Made by a program: the position numbers and the translations under genes. The notes beneath the pieces are model-generated. The model had not been told where the DNA came from and searched no databases. It saw only the letters and a list, made by a program, of their open reading frames with translations. Of a DNA stretch of 64,000 nt, positions 46,957-58,651 are shown one piece after another. Source of the DNA: Thecamonas trahens ATCC 50062 (Eukaryota; Protista; Apusomonadida); assembly GCF_000142905.1 (NCBI RefSeq), contig NW_013657673.1, forward strand, positions 186,001-250,000, read 5' to 3'. Numbering within the stretch: the stretch's first letter is position 1; the number at the start of each line of letters is the position of its first letter.

Positions 46957-49900
46957 GCTTTGGCTTGACCCCCGGCTTGGGCTTGACTCCCGGCTTGGGC
47001 TTGGGCTTGATTCCCGGCTTGGGCTTGGGCTTGACTCCTGGTTTGGGCTTGGGTTTCACAACGGGAGGCGGCGGCTTCTTCTTGCCGCTGCTCTGCTCGC
47101 TGATGGCCACCTGCACCACAGGCTTGCCCTTTGCCTGCGCCGCCAACAAAACTTGTTGTGCCACCACACCGACAATGTCCGAATCCTTGTGACCCGGCGC
47201 GCTGCTGGCGGTTTTGATTGATGCTGCTGGGCGCGGCCCGGTCTTGGGCACAGGCTTCGGTGCCGCCCGCGCCGGTCGCGGTCTTGCTGCCGCTGGCTTG
47301 GCAACCATGACCGTGGCCACCGCGGTCGCCGGCACTGGCGCGTGGCTTCGCTTGATCTTGGCCACCGGTGGAGGTGGTGTAGAGTGCACTGTCGCCGACC
47401 GTCGGCACGCAACCGTAGGGCTCGCGCCCGGCCCGGCCGACGCCGATCGCGGCGGCCGCCGCCCGGATTCGAGCGCACGCTGAGCCGCCGCCGACTTGGA
47501 CGCCGACCGTGTAGGCAGTGGGATCGGAGTTTCCTTGCTCTCCTGCCGCCGGGGCGGCGGCACAACCTTGCGCGGCGGCAGTGCCGGCGAGTCCGGTGGC
47601 GGCACGGCCTTACGAGGCGGCGGCGCCGGTGTGCTTGGCGACGCGTCCGGTGGCGGCAGGATCTTGCGTGGTGGCGGCGCCGGTGTTCTTGGCGACGCGT
47701 CCGGTGGCGGCACAACTTTGCGTGGCGGTGGCGCCGGTGTGCTTGGCGACGCGTCGGGTGGCGGCACAACCTTGCGTGGCGGTGGCGCCGGTGTTCTTGG
47801 CGACGCGTCGGGTGGCGGCACAACCTTGCGTGGCGGTGGCGCCGGTGTGCTTGGCGACGACGCGACCTTGGGCGATACCGGTCTGGGCGCGCTCTCTTCG
47901 GTGTCGCATGCGTCGCCATCAGCGCCCAGTGGTTCGGCCGCAGCAATCAGCGCCGTGGTCAGCGCCGAGATGGGCTTGGACGCCTCAAGCTCCTCCAGCG
48001 GCGAGAGCCCGGTCTTGCGGAGAATGTTCGGGCCGAGAACAATAGCAAGGTTGGAGGCAGTCATCTTGTTGATGGCCGCGTAGCCGGAAATGGTCTTGAA
48101 AACTGAAGCAGGTAGCGGAGGAGGTGGCGCGGTGGGTCAGCCAGTGCATCGATCCGCGCCATTGTCGACGCCACCACCGGTCCGGGGTCGGCGTCGCCAG
48201 CGACCAGGCTCGAAGCATCGTCGATGACATCGTCGAACTCGTCCTCGGGCAAGAGCGGCTCCGGTAGTTCGCGGAGGTACTTTTTGAGCAGCGAGCTCAC
48301 AATGTGTGGATCCTCGACGGCGTCGTCGAGGTCCTCGACGCACGTGATGCTGTCAAACGAGGCAAGCACGTCGTCAAGCTGTGCCGCCATCGGTGAGACT
48401 CGGAACAAACCCACAAGCGATGCGTTCTCTGGCTGTTGCAAGTACTGGCACGCCACATCAATGATGAAAGGGATCTGAGGATTGGCCCGATTCAGCTCAC
48501 CGCCGCGGGCGGCATCGGCCGCCAGCGTCGCCTCCAGCGTCGCGCCAAATGCCTCAGGTACCTTGAGCGTTGGCGGTGGCGGCTTGGGCGGCGGCGCGGC
48601 AGATCGCTTCTTGGCCGCCTTGGCCGCCGCTTTTCGCTGCGCCTTGACCGCCTTTCGCTGCGCTTTGGTCGGCTTGGACGACGAGCCCTTGCGCGACCGC
48701 GAGCTCAGCAACCGCCGGTTGTACTGTCGGGTCTGGAAGACCAGCTCTTCCAGGATCCGGCCAACGTTGGCCCCACTCGACGCAGACGTCTCCAGGTATG
48801 GTCGCTTGAATTCCTCCGCCAGATCCAGAGCGTCCTCCTCATCGACTACTCGCTCTGCGTCGGGTGCATCACCCTTGGTCGCCACAAGAACCACCATCAG
48901 TGCCTTCGAGAGCGACGAGAGCAGCTTGCGCGCCTGTCCCAGCGACGTCAGTGACATGACTGAGAAGCACACAGCAAAGCCATGGTCCGACAGCTTCAAA
49001 CTGGTGTCATCCCACTCGGTTAGCGGTGTCGTGTCATAGATGAGGCACGAGACGCCATCGACACGCTTCGTCCCGTACTGCGTGTCCTGAACGCTCGGCG
49101 CGTACTCGGCCAGAAACGAGTCTGCCACCATCCGGTGGCAGAGCGCAGTCTTGCCGACCGACGATGCACCCACAACCATGATCGGAAGCACCGGATCATT
49201 CATCGTCGACGCCAGCGCGTCCGATGTGTTCCGCACCATCTGCGCGAGGTCACGCGTCGATCCAAGCACCGCTCCCAGCTTGGCGTGGAATGCCTGGTCG
49301 TTGAGCATCATCGTCGATAGCGAGAGCTTGCGGTCCGGCGGCCCGCCGCGGTGCCTCTTCGCCATCAGTGGAGCTGCCACTTTTCCACCACCTCCCCTTC
49401 CTCCCACGCTGGGTGCCGCCGGCTCGCCATCTGGCTTGGGAGGCGGCGCGCGCCGTCTCCCCGGCACCGCCCGCCCGCCTCTGCTCGACTGCCCGCTCGT
49501 GATCACCGGCCTCGATTTGCCTGTCGGCCGTGCAGGAATCGGCGGCGGCGCGCACAGCTCCTCATGACATTTGACGTGGTACGTCTCGAGCGCTGACAGC
49601 GCAATGTAAAATGACTCGGGATCGATCCGGCCCTCGCACGCCGTGCACCGCAGAACACGCTTTTTGGGCAGCGGCGGCGGGGCGTTGAGTGGCAGCGCGC
49701 CGTGTGCGCCCGGCGCCAGCGAGATCCGCCGTGACGCCCGTGGATCCGCTCGCTCTGGAACCGCGCTGGTGAACGCTACGTCGTCTGTTGGGCAGAAGAG
49801 AAGGCCCTTGCCCAGAACAGCAGTGTCGAGCACCAGCCGGCCCTTGGAGTCGAGCTCAAGCTCGCCGCCGTCACCATCGGTGAAATGGAACCGCTCGCGC

Positions 49901-50226
49901 TTATCGTCGACCCCATAAAATGTCGCTACCGCCAGTGCGAGCTCAGTCATGGTTGCCTGCGGCCGAAAGTCGAGCATCATCGTTGTCGCCAGCGGACCGC
50001 CCTTTGGCGGCGGAGCGTCAGGCAACGGCACAAAGGTGACCTTGACCGAGAGGTACTTGATCTTCTTCTTGCCCTTGCCCTTGCCCTTTCCCTTGCCCTT
50101 GCCCTTGCCCTTGCCCTTGCCCTTGCCCTTGCCCTTGCCCTTACCCTTGCCCTTCTCTACCCCGCCCTCCTCACTCCCTTGCCCATTCCTCCCGTCCGCA
50201 GGTGCGTGCTCCTTGTCCAACGACAT
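46934..50226 (-). CDS. Multidomain protein: LIM-like Zn knuckle + Ras-like GTPase domain + RhoGAP + Pro-rich tail; -1 frameshift near 48100
   Basis: CTAC...YHVKC; VVGASSVGKT, ATKGD, ETSAS; GLFRVS, SLLKKYLRELPEPLL, NKMTASNLAIVLGPNIL; (GK)n near the N-terminus. Confidence 0.85.
47555..47860 (-). repeat. 60-nt coding tandem repeat (PAPPPRKVVPPPDASPxT) x ~5
   Basis: Lines 47641-47860 repeat with a 60-nt period. Confidence 0.9.
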
Positions 50227-50778
50227 GATTTCCGGAAAGGACGCCAGGCGGAGAGGGTTCGAAGGGGAAGATGCCAGGGGGGGTGCTCAAGGCCAGAATA
50301 GTAAGTAAAACACCAAGCTGTGGTGGCAGCCGTTGGGTAGGCTGTGGTAGTACAAGCGTGTCTTGTAAGAGAGTGCGGTGGAGCTCCGAGTTGGTGGTTG
50401 TCGGTGTGCAAGCCTGGCCTCGGCTCTTGTCTTGATCGAGCTCGGTTGGGCGGAAAGGCTGCGAGTGGGCTGCTTTCGCCAGGTGAGCCAGCCCAGCCAT
50501 TGTTGCCAGCCAACCGTCAACCGACACAATTGAAGGAAATTAAGTGAATGCATGGGTTGGATTGAATGGCAGAATCCACCCCCTTTCCTCCCCCCCCCCC
50601 CCCGTCTCTCTCTCTCTCCTCTTCCGACAAACCGACCAGCCAAACAGCCTCACCGCCACCCTCACCCGTTGCTGACTACCACAGACACATCCACCACCTC
50701 ACTACCACCCGCACCACCCAGACACACGCATAAGCTCTACATACATACCCTCGCACTACAGCGTCACAAGTCAGGGCG

Positions 50779-52613
50779 ATGTCGTCGTCGCAGGCGTCGA
50801 CCAATCTGCTGCTGCGTACGTTCAGACCCGCCCGCCATCACAGCGCCAGGGGTGCAGAGGATGGGTCGATGGGCGTAACGAGAGTACCGCCGCGGGAGAC
50901 AGGCGCACGACTCACACAAGGAGCGGTTGCTACGGGGAATGTGCATGGTCGAGGATAGAGTCGCGGGCGGCGGGCGCAGGTGCTGTCCCCGCGCTTGCGC
51001 TCGGCAAGAAGGGCAGGAAGGGCAAGCGTGGGAAGAAGGGCAAGAAGGGCCGCAAGACCGGAGCCAACGCCCTCGCATCAGCTGGCCTCGATCTCGATGC
51101 CTTGACACGGGAGAAGCCGCCGGAGGAAGCCGTCGCACCCGAGGAGCCTGTCGATGAGACCGGGTCCGAGGCAGCGGGCGGTGCAGGAGCCGAGGACGTC
51201 GTCGCAACAAGCTCAGCAGCGTTGCCTGCGCGACCGGCGGTCTCGCGGCCGTCGGTCCGTGTCCCGCCGCGACAGCCGCTTCCGGCTCGGCCGCGGGCAG
51301 ACGACGACGATGAGGAACGCCGCGCACCGGCGTCGCTACTGTCAGCGACCCGGTTCGAGGCCGAGGCCGAGGCCAGCTGGCGCCGCCCGGGCATGCCGGC
51401 CGCCGCCGGGGCAGCGAGTGACGCCACTGTGGCGCCGACCCCGACGTCGATCCTTGACGGCAACCTGGTATTCCCGCGCATCTCGTCGGGTGCGAATGAG
51501 GAGGCCCGTGCCAACGAGCAGCGTCTTGAGCGCCAGAAGCAGCGCCGACTCGAGGAGAACCTCCGCAAGCGCCCCGCTCGCGAGCTCGGCAACGAGCCGG
51601 CAATAGCCGCAAGGGCTGCCAAGCGAGCGCGCACCGGCAGTCGAACTTCGGCTGCTCAACAGAAGCAGCAACCGTCTGCTCCGGTCGCGCTTCCGCCGCG
51701 GAGTGCGTCCACCGCAGGAAACGGGCCGGGGACGGGGCGAGAGCTGACTGAGACCGAGTCGGCGGCGCCAGCCGCCGCGCCCGCACACGCCCCGCGCGTC
51801 CACCGGCTCACCATGCGTGACCTTATCCATGACAACCGAACCGGAGTCCCGACGACTGCTGCCATCGCGCGGATGGCCGAAACCCGCAAGAAGCGCAAGC
51901 GGTCGGCCGCCGCGCGTGCCGCGCGCAACCGCATGCGCAAAGAGCGCGAGAAGCTTGCCAAAATTCAGGGCGTTGAGCCCGAGGACATCCCGCTCCCGAT
52001 GCAGGAAGAGGAAGAGGCACCAAGCCCAGTCCCTATTCCGGTCGAAGAGCCACTGCCAGTGCCGGTGCCGGTGCCTGCCGGCCCACCCGAGCCGCTCGCG
52101 CTCTCTGCGCCGCCGGTCGCGCCGCGCATCCGCATCGTCAACGGCCGGATGGAGGTTGTTGCCGAATCACTCACCTACACTCCCTCGACCGACGATACCT
52201 CGGCGACCCGCCAGTACGCCACCGTCCATGAGAACGCGTCTCGCGTCACCTCGTCGTCGTTTATCAACAGGACGTCTGCCGAAAAGTGGTCGCCCGAAGA
52301 GCTCGAGCTCTTCTACGAGGCTCTCGCTCAGCTCGGTACAGACTTTGGCATGATCGCCAAGCTCTTCCCCAACCGCACCCGCCGCCAGGTCTACGCCAAG
52401 TTTAAGAAGGAGGAGAAGTTTTGCAAAGCCCGCGTAGAGCGGACGCTCCAGAACCCCGTTCCCATCGACATCGAGAAGTTTGTCCGCCTCTCCGGCATCT
52501 CGCTGGACGACGGCGACTCGTCCGACGATGACGAGTCCAACGATGTTCCCGCCGCACCCTCGGCCCCTTCCTCTGAGCCAGGCTCCGAACCCGCCGCCGG
52601 TGCTGTGGCATAA
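50779..52613 (+). CDS. BDP1: TFIIIB subunit B''/Bdp1 (SANT/Myb domain); intron 50816-50958
   Basis: APRIRIVNG, VTSSSF, KWSPEELELFYEALAQLGTDFGMIAKLFPNRTRRQVYAKFKKEEK. The GTACGT...GATAG intron links ATG 50779 in frame. Confidence 0.88.
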
Positions 52614-52994
52614 ATACTGCACCGTGCCCCACGTTGAGCAACTACCACACCATGCGCCTCTTCCACCCTTTGCTGCAGTCCGCAAGCCATGCGTCACCTG
52701 CCGGATAACTCTTGGACGCGCCCCTTCACAATCACCCTCCCCCAACCCCGTTTCTACACTCACACCAAGCCCCTACTCATGCCCGACATTATCCATGCCT
52801 CTGGATGTGTGTATCGTGCTTCTGGTGGCCTCTATCCCCTCCGAGATTCCCGAACAATCGGATGCCGGCCAGACTGGGCCTGACGTCACACGGCCGTCAC
52901 GGCTGCTGACATGCAATCAGCCAACAGTCATCCACAGGCGACAGAATAAAAAGCGACGCGCTTGGCCCTAGTTGAATCGCCATAAGCAGACATC

Positions 52995-53064
52995 AAGCAC
53001 AAGCACAAGCATAAGCACAAGCACAAGCACAAGGACAAGCACAAGCACAAGCACAAGCACAAGC
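52995..53064 (+). repeat. (AAGCAC)n microsatellite directly upstream of the LEA-like gene
   Basis: Directly visible. Confidence 0.9.
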
Positions 53065-53079
53065 GCAACAACAATAACA

Positions 53080-53858
53080 ATGGAAGACGATTTGGAAATT
53101 ATGACTGAGCAGGTAATGCACGGTGTCCCGGTCCGCAGCGGGACACCTGCAGGGACGCCGACTGGGAAGGCGTGGACCGAGGACGCAATGGACAAGGTCA
53201 ATGACGCCAAGGAGACCATCAAGGACAAGGCTGCCGACGCGGCGACACTGCACAGTCGTGGGGCGAGTCCATCAAGGAGACCGTGTTCGGCAAGGCCGAC
53301 GACGCGACAGATGCCGCCGCTGACGCCAAGGAGACCATCAAGGACAAGGCTGCCGACGCAGGCGACACGGCACAGTCGTGGGGCGAGTCCATCAAGGAGA
53401 CCGTGTTCGGCAAGGCCGACGACGCGACAGATGCCGCCGCTGACGCCAAGGAGACCATCAAGGACAAGGCTGCCGACGCAGGCAACACGGCACAGTCGTG
53501 GGGCGAGTCCATCAAGGAGACCGTGTTCGGCAAGGCCGACGACGCGACAGATGCCGCCGCTGACGCCAAGGAGACCATCAAGGACAAGGCTGCCGACGCA
53601 GGCGACACGGCACAGTCGTGGGGCAAGACTGCCAAGGAAAAGGTGTTCGGCAAGGCCGAGGCCTGGTCCGACACAGCCACCGCCGCAAAGGACACCGTTG
53701 TCGAGAACGCCACCGCCGCAAAGGACGCCGTCCTCGGCGCAGAGCCCGAGTCCAAAGAACACTCGCTGCTCGACGACTCGGCTGAAGCCATCAAGACCGC
53801 CGCAGAGAGGATCCGTGACGGCCTGCCCGGCGGCGACGACACAGCCATCCAAGGTTAA
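53080..53858 (+). CDS. LEA (late embryogenesis abundant)-like hydrophilic repeat protein; -1 frameshift near 53240
   Basis: 40-aa / 120-nt tandem unit DAKETIKDKAADAGDTAQSWGESIKETVFGKADDATDAAA x ~3.5; rich in A, K, D, E, T. Confidence 0.75.
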
Positions 53859-53883
53859 CCAGCCATAGTAAACTGAACAGTGC

Positions 53884-55358
53884 TCACAACCACACCACAT
53901 TGTCGCCTTCCACAAACGGGTTCACATCCGGATTCTGCAGCTCCGGAATCGCCGAGCAGCACGCTGCCGCCGGGTCTCCCGACGCCGACAGCGCCCCGAC
54001 CCAGTACTCATTGCCCGGGTACGCGTTCGAGTCCCACGCGTACATGGCCACGAGCACATGGTCGGCAAACTCGCCCTTGAGCTTGGCCGCCGGATCGCGC
54101 TTCGAGAACTGGACCCGCGTCGAGCCGAGGCCGCACACCTCGCCAGCCCCTACCCCCGCGCACGACTGCACTCCCCGATCCACGAAAAGTCGACAATGCC
54201 AACGTGCTCCAGAGCCTCGGCCTTGAGGACAGCGCCAAACACATCCACAAACACCTGCGCCTGGAAATCGGTCACTTGCCACACCCCAAGCCCAAGCCCA
54301 ACTACATGGCAGTATGCAGGCTGCCCCGCAGCCGCCCCACGCGCGTTGGCCTCCCTCAGGAACAGCAATGCGCTCGCCGCCATGCGCCGTGCGTACACCA
54401 ACGTGTCCAGCACCGCGCTCGAGCGCAGAGGCGCAAACCGCGGCACCTGCTCCAGCACACGCGACACTGCTGTTGTCACTGCCTCGGGCAGCAAGGCCAG
54501 TGCTTCGTCAGGGTGGCTGGCCACGTCCCCGCATTCGGCGCCGCGCGCTGCTCCTTGCACCGCCTCATCGTAGCTCGGAAACCGTGCCACGCCCAGCGCT
54601 GCCGCCAACACATTGAGCTGCGCCGATGCCTCATATTCCGGATGGCTCGGGTCACCGTAACCGGCCGCTGGCACCGCCTCATCCTGCGCCAACCCGCAGT
54701 ACGAGAACTCCATCTTGCCCCGCACCTCGAACCGCGCCCCGACCATGCCCACATAAACCCCCAGCGGCTCGACCTCATCTGCCCACGTGTCCTCGCCCAC
54801 AAAGATGCCCCGGTTGTAGCGCCCGCCCTGGTTGATGAACGGCGTCACGCACGAGACCCCAATGAGCGCAGAGTACACCATCTCGTCGTAGTCCATGTAC
54901 TCGGCTCGCGGCTCCGGCACACCCCAGCCCCGGCTCGTTCCGTCGCGCAACAAATGCGAGTCGTTGCCGTTCATGAACATCAGCGGCCGCTTGGCCACCA
55001 GCCGCGCCATCACCGCTTCCGCCGACCCGTCGCCGTACAGTTGCCTCGCAGCGTCGGCGCCGATCTCAGTCGCCTGGACCCGCGCAAACGCCTCCAGCAC
55101 TCCCCGCATCGACGCCAGCGCCACCGGCGCGCATCCTGCCGCCACAACCTCGGCCTTCTCGGCACTCAGCAAGCCGCGGCTCACCATGTTAGCCAGCGCG
55201 TTGTCATCCGTCGGCATGCGGTAAGGCAAGCCGCGCCACACGTTACTGAGCTCGTCCACTGCCAGCGCTTTACCCACGCTATTTGCCCCGGTCCGCACAC
55301 ACCATGCCTCGGCCAGTGCCGACACCGTCTTTGCCACACGCCCTCCAATCGCTGCCAT
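53884..55358 (-). CDS. DUF4804 / MavL-like macrodomain protein (putative ADP-ribosyl hydrolase); -1 frameshift near 54165
   Basis: [84 protein letters not shown]. Confidence 0.8.
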
Positions 55359-55467
55359 GTTTTGCTTGACCCTGTAGAGAGCCGTGCTTCTTGCTCTCGC
55401 TCCTGTCGGAAGCCTGGCGGTGGAAGCCTTGGCCGAAAAAGGCACCGCTCGCCGGCATGGCATTTAC

Positions 55468-58185
55468 TTACTTGGCCGCATTCACAATGGCGACGGATGC
55501 AGCCATCGGGTTGGCGCCCACGCGGCCGCCGCTTGCTTGATACCGCTTCACCACCCGCTGGATCCGCCGCCCCGCTTCAGACATGTTGCTGTCGAGTCGA
55601 ACCACCGTCACCTCCACCCCGGACCGCAGCGCAAGGACTACCCACTCGAGCTGCGCCAGCGTCGTGTGCGAAGAGAGAAGCGCCGCGTATTCGTCCAGCC
55701 CGGCAACAAGCTCCGCGTGCGCATCCATCGATGCGCAGCTCACCTTGGCCGCCGTGCACCGATCGTGCAGGTTCGCCTCGCCGGCGCCTACACCCACCAC
55801 AACCCGGTTGATTCGCGACGGCTTCCTCAGCCAAGCGTCGACATCAGACGAGAGCGCGCCAAACGTGCCCACAACCTTTCCGTCTGCACTATCCCAGCCC
55901 ATCGATGCCTGCACGGATTGCCGCAGACTGATGTCCACCGGCGGAGCCCAAGCCGACGCCACGTCGGCAAGGTCATCGCCCTCCGCCGCCCGCAACCCGA
56001 TCGGCGGCCTAGTCGTCGGAATACAGCCCGACGCCCCAAACAGCCGCGCCGTGCTCAGAGCTGGTCTCGCCGCCATAATCGGCCCGAGCCCGCCCAGTGC
56101 AGGCTCGCACGATCGCGACAGGTCCACAAGCAGGTCCAAAGAATCCCCGCGAAGCCGCCGGAGTGCCACAGGCGCTGCGACCTGGTGCAGATCGGCAACA
56201 GCGATCCGCGACTCATTGCGAAGTCCCGCCGCCGCTGCCTCGCCGGCTGCCCGTGCCATGGGCTCGGCATCGGCAAGGTACACGTACGCCTCGACATTCT
56301 CGTTCACGCTCCGCAGCGCAAGCACAAGCGCTTCCAGCGGATTAGTGCTGCCGACCCGGTCAAGCCCACCAAACGCACTACGGGTCACCAGCAGGCCAAT
56401 CCGGGTCCGCACATCCCCGGCTGCCCGCGGCAGCAGTTCCATCCGCCCGCTAGAAACGCCCCATTGTGCCAGCAGGTACGTCTGCCACTCGCGGCTCACC
56501 TCGGCAACCGCCAGTCCCGGCCCAAGCACGGTTTGTCCGACCAAGCTCGCACGCGCCAGCCACGATGCCAGCGCCTTTCCGCGCGTCACGCTCACATCGT
56601 CCTTGCTAGGAGGCGCAGCGTCGAGCACGGCCACCGCGCGCGTGTACGCCAAGCCATCCACAAGGTACCGCCACGCCGCACGGGCAAGTGCCGACGACGA
56701 CCGACTCGGCAGCTTTGATTCCTTGCCTGCGCCGCGCGGTGGTGCCAGCAGCCGTGCGCTTGCGAGTGCTTCCAGACCAGTGAGACTTCCGTCGTCCCTG
56801 CTGGTCAGCTCGCAGATGCCCGGCAAAGAGCCCGAAGCCAGAGCTGTCAGCACAGGCTCGAAATGGTGAGGTAGCGGATTGTCACTCTCGGCGCGTGCAC
56901 GAACCATGCCGAGCGCAGCGCGCGAGTTGTTGCGGGCCAGCATGTCGAGAACAACCTGCTCCGCAAACGCCGGAGGCGCCCGGCTCGCAATCGAGATGTC
57001 GGCAACCAGCATCCGCACAAGCTTGGAGCCCGACAGCAGGCGGTGCGCCATGGAGACTGCCGCCTTGGCTTCATCCAGCATGCCCAGCTCCAGCAGCGAG
57101 CGCGCCGCCGACGCCCACGCCCCGCCGTGGGTTGCGTTGGCTTTGGTTACTTCCAGGAACGACGCCGCCGCGCCTGCGATGTTGCCAGCCTCAAAGTGAG
57201 CAAGGCCGCGCAAGTACTCGAGCGACGGATGCTCCGGCACGTACTCAGTCGACAGCACTGCCAGCGCGTGGTGCGGCCGTCCCAATCGCAGGTACACACT
57301 CGCCATGCCAGCCAGGGCCGGCGCTGACGACGCATCGAGCATCAGAGCCCGAGTGTAGTACACCAGCGCAGAGCTGTACGCCGAGCCGTTGATCATCAGC
57401 TCGGCTACGCCCAGAAGCGGTTCGATCATTGTTGCATCGGCCTCGGCCGCCCGCATATACAGCCCAAACGCCCGCTCCGGGTCCTCCTCACGGTGCGCCG
57501 ATTCCATCAGCGCCAAGAAATGGTTTGCGTCCACGGCAAGTGCTGCCGCCAGCGCCTCGCGCGCCTTGCCCAGCCGCCCAGCCCCGGCAAGCACCATGCC
57601 CATGGCGTAATGCGCGTCTGCAAGCTCGCGCCCGGCTTCCTTACCCATTGCCACTGCCGCAAGCAGTGCATCCAACGCAAGCGTCGTCTCGCCCGCCGCC
57701 GCGAGCCAAACTCCGCGAGTCAACGCGCACTCGGGAGCTGGGCAAGCCGCAAGCAACTCTAGCGCCTCACCCATACGTGGAGGCTGCACCGTCGCTAGCG
57801 CATGCGCGCTCACCCGCATCGCCTCGCCGTCCTCGTCCGCCACAAGTTCGGCGAGGTCAGCAACGACCGTCGCGGCCTGGTCAGACCCTCCGCTCGCCAG
57901 TGCCTTCCGGGCCGCCTCAAGTCGCTCTTTGACCACATCTGGGCTACCCGCATCCAGCGGCACTTGTGGGTGCATGACCGAGACCAGCAGCCTGTCGCGA
58001 GACTGCCCTACCACCGCCGCAGACGCTCCCAGTGCCGCCGGATCGTGCCCGCCCGCCGCTGCTGCTGTCAGGTCGATGTTGAGCCCAGCACCGCCAGCCA
58101 GCCCGGTACCTGCGCTCAGCACCACCAGCAATAGCACCATTCCACCCCAGTTGTACTCCCATCTTGGACATGCTGCTCTCGCCAT
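55468..58185 (-). CDS. TPR-repeat protein with degenerate GT41 (OGT/SPINDLY-like) C-terminal domain and a possible signal peptide
   Basis: Multiple TPRs (AHYAMGMVL...ALAVDANH); RIGLLV, LRGDSLDLLVDL, IMAARPA resemble the OGT N-catalytic lobe. Confidence 0.6.
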   Translation of the reverse strand: MARAACPRWEYNWGGMVLLLVVLSAGTGLAGGAGLNIDLTAAAAGGHDPAALGASAAVVGQSRDRLLVSVMHPQVPLDAGSPDVVKERLEAARKALASGGSDQAATVVADLAELVADEDGEAMRVSAHALATVQPPRMGEALELLAACPAPECALTRGVWLAAAGETTLALDALLAAVAMGKEAGRELADAHYAMGMVLAGAGRLGKAREALAAALAVDANHFLALMESAHREEDPERAFGLYMRAAEADATMIEPLLGVAELMINGSAYSSALVYYTRALMLDASSAPALAGMASVYLRLGRPHHALAVLSTEYVPEHPSLEYLRGLAHFEAGNIAGAAASFLEVTKANATHGGAWASAARSLLELGMLDEAKAAVSMAHRLLSGSKLVRMLVADISIASRAPPAFAEQVVLDMLARNNSRAALGMVRARAESDNPLPHHFEPVLTALASGSLPGICELTSRDDGSLTGLEALASARLLAPPRGAGKESKLPSRSSSALARAAWRYLVDGLAYTRAVAVLDAAPPSKDDVSVTRGKALASWLARASLVGQTVLGPGLAVAEVSREWQTYLLAQWGVSSGRMELLPRAAGDVRTRIGLLVTRSAFGGLDRVGSTNPLEALVLALRSVNENVEAYVYLADAEPMARAAGEAAAAGLRNESRIAVADLHQVAAPVALRRLRGDSLDLLVDLSRSCEPALGGLGPIMAARPALSTARLFGASGCIPTTRPPIGLRAAEGDDLADVASAWAPPVDISLRQSVQASMGWDSADGKVVGTFGALSSDVDAWLRKPSRINRVVVGVGAGEANLHDRCTAAKVSCASMDAHAELVAGLDEYAALLSSHTTLAQLEWVVLALRSGVEVTVVRLDSNMSEAGRRIQRVVKRYQASGGRVGANPMAASVAIVNAAK

Positions 58186-58330
58186 ACCCGGGTGAAGTCG
58201 GAGTGCGGTGTGCCTGCTCTTGCCGAGTTGCTCCGACTTGATCGCCACCTGATCAGAGCCTGTTCAGACTCGGAACAGCCACTGATCGCACCGTGGTCGC
58301 AACCACATTGCAGCCTGGAAGGCTGAACGC

Positions 58331-58410
58331 GGCCTGATCACGGCCTGATCACGGGCCTGATCACGGCCGGATCGCAGCTTGATCACGGCCCTGATCACGG
58401 CCGGATCGCA
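58331..58410. repeat. Short tandem array of CCTGATCACGG / CCGGATCGCA units in a divergent promoter
   Basis: Five TGATCA palindromes within about 75 bp. Confidence 0.75.
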
Positions 58411-58651
58411 GGCGAGAACCTGATGGCAGCCTCATGGTAGCCTGGTCAGCGCCTCGTCACCACCACCAAACGCGGCTACAGCCGACATCCGTCACACACT
58501 CGGGCAAGATCGCCCCTTGCCATCGTTGGCATTCGCTGTTCAATCAGATGCACAGCGTCACGCTTTCCGCCACCCTGCCGTCGTCGCCGGCAAACAGCAG
58601 GCGGAACAGGGGCAATTCGCCACATCCCACTCCATCGACTCCAACGACTCC

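Noticed and set aside
53204-53660. Regularly spaced repeats as a CRISPR array
   Set aside because: Contiguous 120-nt coding repeats with no unique spacers; no cas genes; eukaryotic context.
54204-56869. Long plus-strand ORFs (535, 444, 428 aa)
   Set aside because: Antisense to well-supported minus-strand genes; expected from high GC content.
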